Shown: positions 49,797 to 59,061 of the stretch, one piece after another
Position numbering within the stretch: position 1 is the stretch's first letter
Layout of the letters: each line of letters starts with the position of its first letter
IMG/VR virus record: IMGVR_UViG_3300028738_000008
From: a virus
Taxonomy: Duplodnaviria > Caudoviricetes
DNA: 64,000 nucleotides
Strand: one strand, 5' to 3'
Translations under genes and position numbers: made by a program
The notes under the pieces: model-generated
The model's input: the letters and a program-made list of their open reading frames with translations, nothing else
Told to the model about the DNA's origin: nothing
Databases searched by the model: none

Positions 49797-50553
49797 AAAG
49801 TATTCCCATTTTTAAATCGTATAGCTTTAGAATATCGTCGTCGAACGTTTGTTCCGAGTATTTCATTTCATTTATGCGATCAATGGTTTTAGTTATTTTG
49901 CCTTCAATTTTTCCGTCATTGATGTTTTTCAATAGTAAGATATTTTCAGATATTAATTCATTAAACATTTCTTCTTTGTCTGTACAGTTGATAACTTTTC
50001 TTAAAAATTCGGTTTCAGATTCGTTTAGCTCGGAATATGTTTCATTAAATCTATTCATAGCTATTTCAATAACTTCGTCGTCATACAATTCTTCCACAGC
50101 TTTGCTTTCGCTGATCTTACCTTTCTTTATATGATCAATAACGAAATCCAAAGATTCGTGAATTATGTTTACGTCCACATCAGTACTAATTTTCAATGAT
50201 TCTTGAACTAGGTTTCCAATTGATTCGTATAATTTCAATCTATATTTATCAATTTTTTTAACATCTTCTTTTTTTATGAATCTTTTCAGTTTAGCATGTT
50301 CCGCATCCAACTCTCGCATCGTATAGGTTTCAAACAATTTAACATTGTTGTCAACATATCTCATTGCCTTAATATCTTCTGATATTGTCTTATTTTCAAT
50401 ATTGTCAAATACATTAAATTCAAGCTGTAACAGTTCCGAGCCGTTTAATATTTCAAAAATCTCGGAGACCATGCCAACGCCCTCATTCAAGCTGTTTTCG
50501 ATAATCTTATTTGATATTACTAAATTAGCAATTCCGATATTGATATTGTTCAT
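49795..50553 (-). CDS. Hypothetical protein, probable prohead core component
   Basis: Adjacent to portal; many L/I-x-E-S motifs (SLNEG, LVQES, IIHES, LNESE); late motif at 50574. Confidence 0.55.
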   Translation of the reverse strand: MNNINIGIANLVISNKIIENSLNEGVGMVSEIFEILNGSELLQLEFNVFDNIENKTISEDIKAMRYVDNNVKLFETYTMRELDAEHAKLKRFIKKEDVKKIDKYRLKLYESIGNLVQESLKISTDVDVNIIHESLDFVIDHIKKGKISESKAVEELYDDEVIEIAMNRFNETYSELNESETEFLRKVINCTDKEEMFNELISENILLLKNINDGKIEGKITKTIDRINEMKYSEQTFDDDILKLYDLKMGIL

Positions 50554-50632
50554 AATTGGATATTTAATTTGTATATAAATACTATCACTAAATCATTTGT
50601 TGTATTTATTTATCATTTATTATAACACTTAG

Positions 50633-52570
50633 TTATTTACCATCTGGCAACTTTATATTTTTGGCGAATTCGCCAACATCATTAAGATCACCGTTAATCA
50701 GTTCGTCAATTTCGTTAATCATTTCAATTGCATTATTGTTAGACTCATTCAATTCGTTTTCATAAAGAACCTGTGGATTTGATTCGCTTTTTAGCTTATG
50801 TCCATATACAAGCTTCTCAACTCTTTCATCAAATTCTGTTTCAGACATTAATTTCCTTTTACCAACACTTTCAGCTTCAATCGGTGGAAGTTCTGCAGGT
50901 GTTTGATTCGGTAAACCTGCTGCTGGTGGCGGCATTTCGCCTTCACCGCCGCCCATATCATTCATATTGATTGGTGGCATACCACCGCCGCCAGCTGGTG
51001 CTCCACCTTGCTCGGTGTTGCCGCTAGCGACTGATGCTATTGCAGTTGGGTCACCATATCGTTTATCAATGTCTGCAAATAAACCTGATTTCTTAATCGT
51101 AACAGGAGCATCAGCAAATTCTTGCATGATAACCTTCTCCATTTTCTGTTGTTTCAAATCTTCAACGATTTCTCTGTCAGTCATATTGAACAACATTCTC
51201 TTTGCGCCTGTATGTGACATTGCTGCGATACCACCTTCTGACCTTGTAAGTTCAGTATATGTTTGAGACTTTTCTCTTAGTAATTCAGATTTCTGAATAT
51301 CTAATTGAGTTGATGGATTTGTTAGCGTTAATGTGAAATCATTAAAATCTTCGGTGCTATAACCTAAAAGATATAAATGAATCATACCCATTTTGGTTAA
51401 CTCTTGAACCATTGCCTGCTGAATTCTATTTACCTTTTTAGCAAATCTAATATCAAACTGTGATACGTTTTTACCGCCGCCACTAGCATCCTGAAATGAT
51501 AGAAATGGTTTTGGAACGCCAAGTCCCATGAATAAATTATCTCTCAGATATTCGATATCATGAATATCATTAAGGTTTGTGGCCCCTGGTAATGTGTCAA
51601 TTCCAGTCTGAGTGTTAGCGTTTCTAACAGGTAAAAAGTAATCTTCATCGTTACCTAGAATGTTGAATCTATAGTCAATTTGACCATCATTGGGAGAAAC
51701 CTGCTGTACCTTTTTAAATTTGGTAGCAACTTTATACATATATTCTTCAATATCGTCGTCATCAATGTTTCCGACGTCGATTTTAAATACCTTTTTTTCA
51801 CCTGCACGAATGATTCTATATGTAAGCATGGCATCCTCTGCCATTATAAGCTGTCTAAAAACTCTTCTAACTTTGTTTAGTAGTGATGAACCATACGGAA
51901 TATATTTGTCGTCTCCAAGCAGTCTAAAGTGCGCTATTTCAAATGCATTGAATTCATCGCCAGTCATTCTTTCTTTGAAAAGAATACTAGATTTGCCATT
52001 GATAATTCTTTCAGTTCTTTCTATTTCAAAATTTACCATTTGCTTGATCGCTGTGATACCCTTTTTTCTTTCGCCCAGCATTAATACGAAATTGTCGCCA
52101 TATTTACAAGTATTTCTTGTCCAGAATGGAAGATTCGTGTTAACGTTTAGAATATTGTAGTAGAAATCCTCTAAAAGGTATTTAATACGATCCTTATTCG
52201 AATAAATGTTTAGCATTTTACCATCCAAGCCTATTGTGGTTGCTTCTTCCATAAATAAATCAAGTGCACTTGAAATAATTGGGTAATATTCCATACCCTC
52301 ATAGTCCATATATGCTGGCAACCTAGCTGATTCATATTGTAAAGCTTTCTGATAGTTTCTATCAGTCGTTTTTGTGAATTTATTTATAAGACTTCTCTTC
52401 TGTTCAAGCTCAAGTCCCTTTCTTTGAACCTCTTCTGGCGAATTACCCTTTATAATTACTTTATTGTTCTTTACATCACGCTCAACACCTGTGGTAATAC
52501 CAAAACCGTCAAAATTGAAGATACCATTTAGCTTTTGATATACTGTTCCTTTGTCCTTATCTTTTTCCAT
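50633..52570 (-). CDS. Portal protein (T4 gp20-like)
   Basis: YPIISSALD, CKYGDNF, IAHFRL, YRIIRAGEKKVFKIDVGN, EDYFLP, LPGA, FAKKVNRIQ motifs. Confidence 0.95.
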   Translation of the reverse strand: MEKDKDKGTVYQKLNGIFNFDGFGITTGVERDVKNNKVIIKGNSPEEVQRKGLELEQKRSLINKFTKTTDRNYQKALQYESARLPAYMDYEGMEYYPIISSALDLFMEEATTIGLDGKMLNIYSNKDRIKYLLEDFYYNILNVNTNLPFWTRNTCKYGDNFVLMLGERKKGITAIKQMVNFEIERTERIINGKSSILFKERMTGDEFNAFEIAHFRLLGDDKYIPYGSSLLNKVRRVFRQLIMAEDAMLTYRIIRAGEKKVFKIDVGNIDDDDIEEYMYKVATKFKKVQQVSPNDGQIDYRFNILGNDEDYFLPVRNANTQTGIDTLPGATNLNDIHDIEYLRDNLFMGLGVPKPFLSFQDASGGGKNVSQFDIRFAKKVNRIQQAMVQELTKMGMIHLYLLGYSTEDFNDFTLTLTNPSTQLDIQKSELLREKSQTYTELTRSEGGIAAMSHTGAKRMLFNMTDREIVEDLKQQKMEKVIMQEFADAPVTIKKSGLFADIDKRYGDPTAIASVASGNTEQGGAPAGGGGMPPINMNDMGGGEGEMPPPAAGLPNQTPAELPPIEAESVGKRKLMSETEFDERVEKLVYGHKLKSESNPQVLYENELNESNNNAIEMINEIDELINGDLNDVGEFAKNIKLPDGK

Positions 52571-52593
52571 TTTTATAAAATATTATAATTTTC

Positions 52594-52601
52594 TATAAAT
52601 A
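52594..52601 (-). promoter_or_regulatory. Putative late promoter motif TATTTATA (sense)
   Basis: 23 nt upstream of portal start 52570. Confidence 0.6.
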
Positions 52602-52646
52602 CTTGAATTTATCGTAAAGTATCAATATATAAATAGTATTTCTTTT

Positions 52647-55142
52647 TTATTTTTGTTTTATGCCGCTAAATAGCCATGCATTTACAATATAAGGATTTAA
52701 GGGCGATGAACTATTCGGAGATATCTTTGGCACAGGCTTCTCACCTCTTTGTTCGCTAATAACCTTTATATCATTGGCAGACAAAATAGATTTTAACATT
52801 TGCTCAGTCGTGCTATTACTTTGTTTAAATCTAGCCATATCAAAGTTGATAACATATAGTCCAATTGACAGTCCCATAATTGAGTCATCGTGAAATGATC
52901 TCTTATGGTCTGCAACACGATTTCCAGCAACAGTAACAAATGTCTTCAATTCCATTAATAATCTTGTTGATCTGATTATAATATCCTCTAAGTGAATCGA
53001 TCTTTGAAGCTCTAATAGCACTGATGCTCTGTTATTTCCTATGAAAAAACCTGGAATTAAGTCAACATAAATAACAGCACCATCTGTCATAGATTTCTGA
53101 CCTTTCTTAATGTATCCCTGTAAACGATCTCTCGACGGTTTATGAGATACTTCGGCATAGTGTACATTGTCATAGCCAATCTCCAATAATTTTTCAACAG
53201 CTTGCACACCATAGCCACCAGTTATATCCACGACAACATAAGCATTATTATAAGCCTTTCCATATTGGTATACGATTTCTGCAAGACCTTGCGGCACTAT
53301 TTTACCATAATATTCGGCAACCTGTTCTATTTTAAATTTCTTTAACTTGACTTCCTTTGTCTTACCATTTTTTGTGATCATTTTCTTTTCAATATATTCA
53401 TTACGTTTAAGTATATTGATTGTTGAATTATCCTCTCCATGGCCTGGCGATGCATCGACAGCTAGAACATATTGTTCCTCTGGAATAGGATCTTCAAATA
53501 TCCACATATTCTTATCGGTATATTCCTGACGTATTGGAACTCTAACCTCATGATCCTGTATTCTTTTTAGATATTCTTCGTCAATAAAGTTATCGCCAGA
53601 ACCTAAGAATGAACAATTATGATTTGAAATATTGTTGGCAAAATATTCACATCCCTCTGAATCAATAATATCATAAAACTCTGTTTCATCGCACGGCTCA
53701 ATCGATTTTACGAATGAATCTTCATAAATAGTAGTAAGATATGACACATCTGGTATTAATGAATTTAATGGCATATTCTTACCATTAGCTAGAAATATAT
53801 GATCCTCACTCACTACAATCTGATCATCGGTCGCCAATGAAACTTTAAATCCGTTGTTTTTATATTTTTTATCAACGCCATAAAATTTCGAATATCCATT
53901 TGTGGTGAAAATTTCAAGTCTGCTGTTTATATTTATACTTGACGTTAAATGAGGCAAATTGTTATATAACTCGGAAATGCTTAAATTAATCACATCCAAG
54001 GTTGCAACATCTCTTATGGTTACAATTGAATCTTTCCCAACACATAAAATTTCCTGAGCAATTTTTTTCATGTCACCGTTGGCGTCTCTTACCTGTTCCT
54101 CAAACCAAGGTGATGAAGCTTCCCAGCCGTCATCCATTAATTTGATTCGATAGTCGTCAGCCCAATTATCGTCAACTAGCTTAATCTCAGTATCCTTGTT
54201 CTTGTTTTTCAGCCAAACAAGGTCTTTATTATATCGTGGATCATTATACCACCATAATTCAATTGCATTAAAGTTATTTTTTTCTTCCTTTTTTCTAGCA
54301 CCCTCAAATGTTTTATAGAAAACGGGGTCTAAGCCAGATGGCGTGCTTACCATAATAGTACTACCCCCTGTACTCATAGTAGGTCTGGCAGCAGTCCAAA
54401 ATTTATCAGATTTTTCAGTCCAAGCAGTTTCATCCCAAAACAATAGTGTTGGAGTTGTACCACGAAGTCCACTCTTAGCTGAAAATGCACCCAATGCGGA
54501 GTTATTATCATAACGTTTTAACTTCTGAGTATCTTTGTAGTTCTTTTCAGCACCAGCCATTTTACCTGTTTTCGGTCTAAGCCAGTCAGGACAGCCGTCA
54601 ATGAATTCAACAACGTCATTCATTAACTCGTCACGAGCAGTTTCAAGTTTATCGGCAACAATCGCTGCCGTTCTATTACTATTAAACATCACATACCAAG
54701 CAATGAATGCACATGTTGCTGTAGAAATACCTGCCTGTCTATATTTATTAGCAATATTATATCGGAATGATAAATATGCTTTAATTAATTTACGCTGAAA
54801 AGGAAATAATTTAAAAGGAACAATTCGACCAGCAAGCCCTTGCGTCTGGTCAAAAATTGTTAAATAGGTCTCAATAAAATAGGCTGGGTCAGAAGTACAT
54901 CTTACGATTTCGCATTTCTTTTCAGCCATATTAAGTTCACTGGCTTTTTTTATTGTTCCGTTTGTTGTTATGATAACTGGTTCAACCTTACCGCCAGATT
55001 TTCTTAGCTCCTTGGCTAATTTTCTTAATTCGTCTTTTTTTATCTGTTCGCTAGCACTTGATAAAGCGACAGCTGGTATATGGTCTGGGAACTGATTATT
55101 ATCAATTTCCGAATTATCATCATTATTTCTTTTTGTAGCCAT
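52647..55142 (-). CDS. terL: Terminase large subunit containing an intein
   Basis: NKYRQAGIST, LLFWDETAW, VSTPSG, LAVDASPG, HDDSIMG motifs. Confidence 0.95.
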   Translation of the reverse strand: MATKRNNDDNSEIDNNQFPDHIPAVALSSASEQIKKDELRKLAKELRKSGGKVEPVIITTNGTIKKASELNMAEKKCEIVRCTSDPAYFIETYLTIFDQTQGLAGRIVPFKLFPFQRKLIKAYLSFRYNIANKYRQAGISTATCAFIAWYVMFNSNRTAAIVADKLETARDELMNDVVEFIDGCPDWLRPKTGKMAGAEKNYKDTQKLKRYDNNSALGAFSAKSGLRGTTPTLLFWDETAWTEKSDKFWTAARPTMSTGGSTIMVSTPSGLDPVFYKTFEGARKKEEKNNFNAIELWWYNDPRYNKDLVWLKNKNKDTEIKLVDDNWADDYRIKLMDDGWEASSPWFEEQVRDANGDMKKIAQEILCVGKDSIVTIRDVATLDVINLSISELYNNLPHLTSSININSRLEIFTTNGYSKFYGVDKKYKNNGFKVSLATDDQIVVSEDHIFLANGKNMPLNSLIPDVSYLTTIYEDSFVKSIEPCDETEFYDIIDSEGCEYFANNISNHNCSFLGSGDNFIDEEYLKRIQDHEVRVPIRQEYTDKNMWIFEDPIPEEQYVLAVDASPGHGEDNSTINILKRNEYIEKKMITKNGKTKEVKLKKFKIEQVAEYYGKIVPQGLAEIVYQYGKAYNNAYVVVDITGGYGVQAVEKLLEIGYDNVHYAEVSHKPSRDRLQGYIKKGQKSMTDGAVIYVDLIPGFFIGNNRASVLLELQRSIHLEDIIIRSTRLLMELKTFVTVAGNRVADHKRSFHDDSIMGLSIGLYVINFDMARFKQSNSTTEQMLKSILSANDIKVISEQRGEKPVPKISPNSSSPLNPYIVNAWLFSGIKQK
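53616..54044 (-). mobile_element. 143-aa mini-intein in TerL
   Basis: Begins CVGKDSIV, has SEDHIF (block B), FYDI (block F), ends NHN; +1 residue Cys; exteins rejoin as QEIL|CSFLGSG. Confidence 0.92.
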
Positions 55143-55151
55143 GCCGATTGT

Positions 55152-55634
55152 TTAAAATTTGATTGATGACACCTCAACAAAATTATCGTTCCGTAAGATT
55201 ATTTTTCTGGCACTGAATATTTCTTTTACTCTGGCTAAAGTCATTCCATAATGAAATACCAACAATGGCTGATCTTCGTCATCTTCCATCAATTTTTCAA
55301 ATTGGGTATAACCATTATCACTTGTTCGTTCGGTTTCATATGCTAATGCGTGAATTGTATGAACACCATGCATATATTCTCTGGTAACGTCTTCATGTAA
55401 ACAGAATAAGTCAAACGTTGACGTTTTTAAGCCTATTACAGCCCCGATATAGTCTTCGGTAGGTGGTATTGCATTATCGTAGGCTGGAATCAAATCCCAA
55501 CACCATTCCTTAATATTAATATTCGTAGGATCATTGGAGAAAATAAACTCGAACATTCCTTCGTCTTTCGAATTATATCCGATTTTCAATACATAGATTA
55601 ATTTAAGACCTTCTTCGTCATATACAGTTGCCAT
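55152..55634 (-). CDS. Hypothetical protein directly upstream of terL
   Basis: 160-aa ORF 9 nt before the terL start. Confidence 0.65.
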   Translation of the reverse strand: MATVYDEEGLKLIYVLKIGYNSKDEGMFEFIFSNDPTNINIKEWCWDLIPAYDNAIPPTEDYIGAVIGLKTSTFDLFCLHEDVTREYMHGVHTIHALAYETERTSDNGYTQFEKLMEDDEDQPLLVFHYGMTLARVKEIFSARKIILRNDNFVEVSSIKF

Positions 55635-55690
55635 AAGATTACTTTTATATTAAATAGTATTAAATTCATTTTATTACAATTTTTTATAAA

Positions 55691-55723
55691 AAACAAATGC
55701 CTCTATATAAGAGGCATTTGTTT
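55691..55723. terminator. Intrinsic terminator
   Basis: aaacaaatgcctct-atata-agaggcatttgttt perfect hairpin after the stop at 55741. Confidence 0.85.
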
Positions 55724-55740
55724 AAAACATATACGATTTG

Positions 55741-58092
55741 TTATTTTATACTAAGCTTTTTAAAATCCGCATACTGACTTTCGATCAGTTTGTCTAATTG
55801 TTTCAATTTTGGAGATTTAGCACTTTCGTTTAGAGTAGCTTTTTTCAAACCAGCAATTTCGAGTAAATGATTTTTAACATATTTTCTCAATTTTGTTTCT
55901 GATTCGCTCATAGATACTTTACCTTTAGCTAAAGCTGCCGCTACAATTGATGCGGAGTTTCCTTTTTCGCCGCCATTTGGTGTTTTAGCTACGCTTGTAA
56001 CTGCCCCAGCTTTCTTAGCAGTTCCTTTTGCTAATGAGGATGCTACAACAGATGCTGAATTTCCCTTTTCACCGCCAGCTGGTGTTTTAGCCACGCTTGT
56101 TACAGGAGTTGTTTTCTTAGCAGTTCCTTTAGCCAATGCTGCTTTAACATCCGATGCGTCTTCGGAAATTTCTTCTTTTTCGCCATCCTTTTTACCGAAA
56201 TCTGGTTTCTGACCTTTAACAAATGTAGGTTTCGCACCCTTTTTTTCATCTTTAGGTTTATCATCCTTTTTACCAAAGTCTGGTTTTTGACCTTTAATGA
56301 ATGTAGGCTTTTTACCTTCATTCATTTTTACATTAACAGTTTTTGACTGAGCATTAACATCAACAACAACGCCAGTTTCAGCACCCATTGAAATAGGTTC
56401 TGTTGTAGCCATTGGTGATGGATTAACTGCTCCCAATGATTGAGAATCAGTTGCGAACATACTATCCTCAGCAGGAGTTTCAATAGGTGCGCCACTTGTA
56501 ACAGCAGTAACATCATCAACATCGTCTACGTTTGCATCGGTATCGCCTTCTGCACCCAAATCAAGATCGCCAAGCGCACTAAGATCATCAATGTTATCAT
56601 TATCATTTTCAACTTCGTCGTCTTCGGTTTCATTGATTTTTTTTGGTTCGGCTACAACCACGTAACCAGCATCATTTCCAAATACATGGTTTACGCCAGC
56701 ATTCATCTTTTTAGCATAGGCATCGGCTTCATCCTTTGTAAGGAAAGATTTCTTCAATGTACCTTTATCTTCTGTCTTAAATTTGTCTTTTTTGAAATAT
56801 ACTTTAAATTTCTGATCGTTTTCTTCTTTGATTAAAGTATTTCCAGTGCTAACGGCGGCTTTCTTACCAATTTTTGCAACTTTCCAACTTTCAGCAATCT
56901 TTAATTGTTTGTCTTCGTCAGTGGCTTCGCTTAGTTTCATGATTTCTGGTTTCAGAACCTCATTAACATAATCCTCATGACCATATTCTTCGACTAATGA
57001 TTCATTAACCTTTGGATTGGTATATAAAGACACTGTTTCAGCATCACCGTTATTTTTACCTTCTTTATGTGCATTAGCATAACCAGAAATAAGACTTCCC
57101 ATTTCGTCGTCGCCGCATTCCATAATGCTTTCCTGTGTATAACCACGAGATTCAGCGTACTGTGTAAATCCACCGCATTCTGAGCAAGTTTCTTCGCCAA
57201 CTTCGGCAGTTTCGTCAACCTCAGTTTCGTCTGGCATACTATCTTCAAGGTCTTTTTCACCTGAGTCATTAATTTTCATTAACTTGTTGGCAAGTTCTTT
57301 TCTATCTTCAACCTCAATTTCGGGTAGTTTTTCTTTAAACGATGAAATCAATGAAGCTAAAAATGATTTGCTTTCTTCTGGAGTCATATCGGCTTTTCTA
57401 ATAGTATTGGTTAATTTGCCAATTGCTTTTTCAATTGCTTTGTTACCATCAACGCCAACTTCATCACCTTCTGCACCAGCAGGTTCATCACCTATTTCGC
57501 TTCCGTCACCCATGTCATCGCCCATTTCGCCGCCAGCACCCATATCACCAGTACCAGTGTTCATATCGTCGCCCATACCAGCTTCGCTTCCGTCACCCAT
57601 ATCGCCAGCACCCATGTTGCCGCCATCATTTGCTGTGATCTCTGGTGAGCTTTTTTCAGCAGCCGTAGCAGCTTCTAAAGTGTCCAAAGAAGCTTCGGCA
57701 TTCTTAATATGTTCGCCAGCAACATCTTCGCTTATAATCATTTTACTTACAGATGCGTTGACGCGAATACCAGCTGACTGATTCATTTCAGCGATCATAT
57801 AGTTTCTTTGTTTTTCAGATTCAGCAAGAGTATGAAACTGATATGATGTGATATTCTCAAGACCACCGATATAGCAAAAGTCTGATGCGTCAAGGTTTTG
57901 TTTAGTTCCGCCTCTTTTAATATAATAATTGTGGTTTTCCTTTACAATACCAAAAGCGACGCCGTCGCTGTTTCTCTCAATGTCAATTAGTGTACCGATA
58001 TTTCTGTCGTTAGATTTTGATTTAAAATCCTTAATATCAGATAATTCTTGGAGTCTGTTGCAAAACGCCTCTTTAGATGTATTTTTTTTCAT
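55741..58092 (-). CDS. Large acidic, low-complexity protein with internal repeats; probable internal head protein
   Basis: Globular N-terminus (FGIVKENHNYYIK), Gly/Met/Asp tract, 26- and 34-aa repeats, many L/I-x-E sites. Confidence 0.6.
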   Translation of the reverse strand: MKKNTSKEAFCNRLQELSDIKDFKSKSNDRNIGTLIDIERNSDGVAFGIVKENHNYYIKRGGTKQNLDASDFCYIGGLENITSYQFHTLAESEKQRNYMIAEMNQSAGIRVNASVSKMIISEDVAGEHIKNAEASLDTLEAATAAEKSSPEITANDGGNMGAGDMGDGSEAGMGDDMNTGTGDMGAGGEMGDDMGDGSEIGDEPAGAEGDEVGVDGNKAIEKAIGKLTNTIRKADMTPEESKSFLASLISSFKEKLPEIEVEDRKELANKLMKINDSGEKDLEDSMPDETEVDETAEVGEETCSECGGFTQYAESRGYTQESIMECGDDEMGSLISGYANAHKEGKNNGDAETVSLYTNPKVNESLVEEYGHEDYVNEVLKPEIMKLSEATDEDKQLKIAESWKVAKIGKKAAVSTGNTLIKEENDQKFKVYFKKDKFKTEDKGTLKKSFLTKDEADAYAKKMNAGVNHVFGNDAGYVVVAEPKKINETEDDEVENDNDNIDDLSALGDLDLGAEGDTDANVDDVDDVTAVTSGAPIETPAEDSMFATDSQSLGAVNPSPMATTEPISMGAETGVVVDVNAQSKTVNVKMNEGKKPTFIKGQKPDFGKKDDKPKDEKKGAKPTFVKGQKPDFGKKDGEKEEISEDASDVKAALAKGTAKKTTPVTSVAKTPAGGEKGNSASVVASSLAKGTAKKAGAVTSVAKTPNGGEKGNSASIVAAALAKGKVSMSESETKLRKYVKNHLLEIAGLKKATLNESAKSPKLKQLDKLIESQYADFKKLSIK
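55920..56310 (-). repeat. Two coding repeat families (102-bp and 78-bp periods)
   Basis: LAKGTAKK...SVAKTP.GGEKGNSAS twice plus a partial third; KPTF.KGQKPDFGKKD twice. Confidence 0.9.
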
Positions 58093-58187
58093 TATAAAAT
58101 TTTTATCGTTTTTATTTCTTATTTACTAAGTTTCTTATAAATAGTTTATTTTTTAGTAAAATAAACATTATTTTTATATTATTTATT

Positions 58188-58955
58188 TTACTGATCTAAA
58201 GTGAGTTCGTAATCAATACGTTTATTTTTTTCATCGATTAGTTTTTTCAGATAACCATTATTTCTCAAAATCTTGAAGACCAGATTTTCCACAGAGTACT
58301 CGCCATTAGTATCTAAGCCTGCCTGTCTATAGTTTTTTAGCTTATGCAAGAACTTAGTATAGGTTTTATAGAATAGTTCATTATCCTTTATATTGCCAAG
58401 TTCGTCAATTGCTTGCATTATATCGTTGGCTTTAGTCATAACTGTTTTAGTATCAATATTCACAATTTTCTTCAACGGTTTAGCAATCCATTCGTTTTTG
58501 ATCAGAGAATACATTCCAGTTGATTTGTGAGGTTCATCAGTATCTTGAACATAAATCTCAACGTCGTATCCTTTAATAGTAATGTCATGTTTATTAGCCC
58601 ACAAGTCTTTTTTTAATTTAAAATAGTCTCTGACGAATTCCTCATTATCAGAGATTTGATCAAAATCTAGTACGATATGAATATCAATATCCGAAGTAGC
58701 ATTATAATTAAAATTTGCCATACTACCTGTGAGAATAATATCATTATATTTCATTGACTCAATATCACAGAACTCAATAAATCGTCTGGCATTCAATAAT
58801 AACTGTTTTCTAATCTCTGGTCGTAAAGCACCTCTCTCATCCCATATCACAGGATTTAGAGTTGTTTGCATTTTTAAGGAGTTGATATTTACCTCTTCTG
58901 GCTCTAATACTTCCTTAATTAATTCTGTAACATTATCCTTATTAATACGATTCAT
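58188..58955 (-). CDS. Pol-beta-superfamily nucleotidyltransferase
   Basis: IILTGSMANFNY..SDIDIHIV (GS + DxD) and third acid in DVEIYVQD. Confidence 0.85.
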   Translation of the reverse strand: MNRINKDNVTELIKEVLEPEEVNINSLKMQTTLNPVIWDERGALRPEIRKQLLLNARRFIEFCDIESMKYNDIILTGSMANFNYNATSDIDIHIVLDFDQISDNEEFVRDYFKLKKDLWANKHDITIKGYDVEIYVQDTDEPHKSTGMYSLIKNEWIAKPLKKIVNIDTKTVMTKANDIMQAIDELGNIKDNELFYKTYTKFLHKLKNYRQAGLDTNGEYSVENLVFKILRNNGYLKKLIDEKNKRIDYELTLDQ

Positions 58956-58997
58956 ATCAAAATATTTATTGTTTGGTTTCTCAACGTAATTTTTTAT

Positions 58998-59037
58998 TAT
59001 AAATACTGTCCCACAATATAATAAATTAGTATTTATA
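58998..59037. promoter_or_regulatory. Back-to-back pair of late motifs at a divergent junction
   Basis: TATAAATA at 58998-59005 and TATTTATA at 59030-59037 between starts 58955(-) and 59062(+). Confidence 0.6.
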
Positions 59038-59061
59038 TATTAAATACATTTAAGCAATAAA

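Noticed and set aside
53616-54044. Homing endonuclease inside the TerL intein
   Set aside because: 143 aa leaves no room and no LAGLIDADG/HNH motifs are seen.
55152-55634. Terminase small subunit call based on position before terL
   Set aside because: No recognisable TerS motif or helical composition; left as hypothetical.
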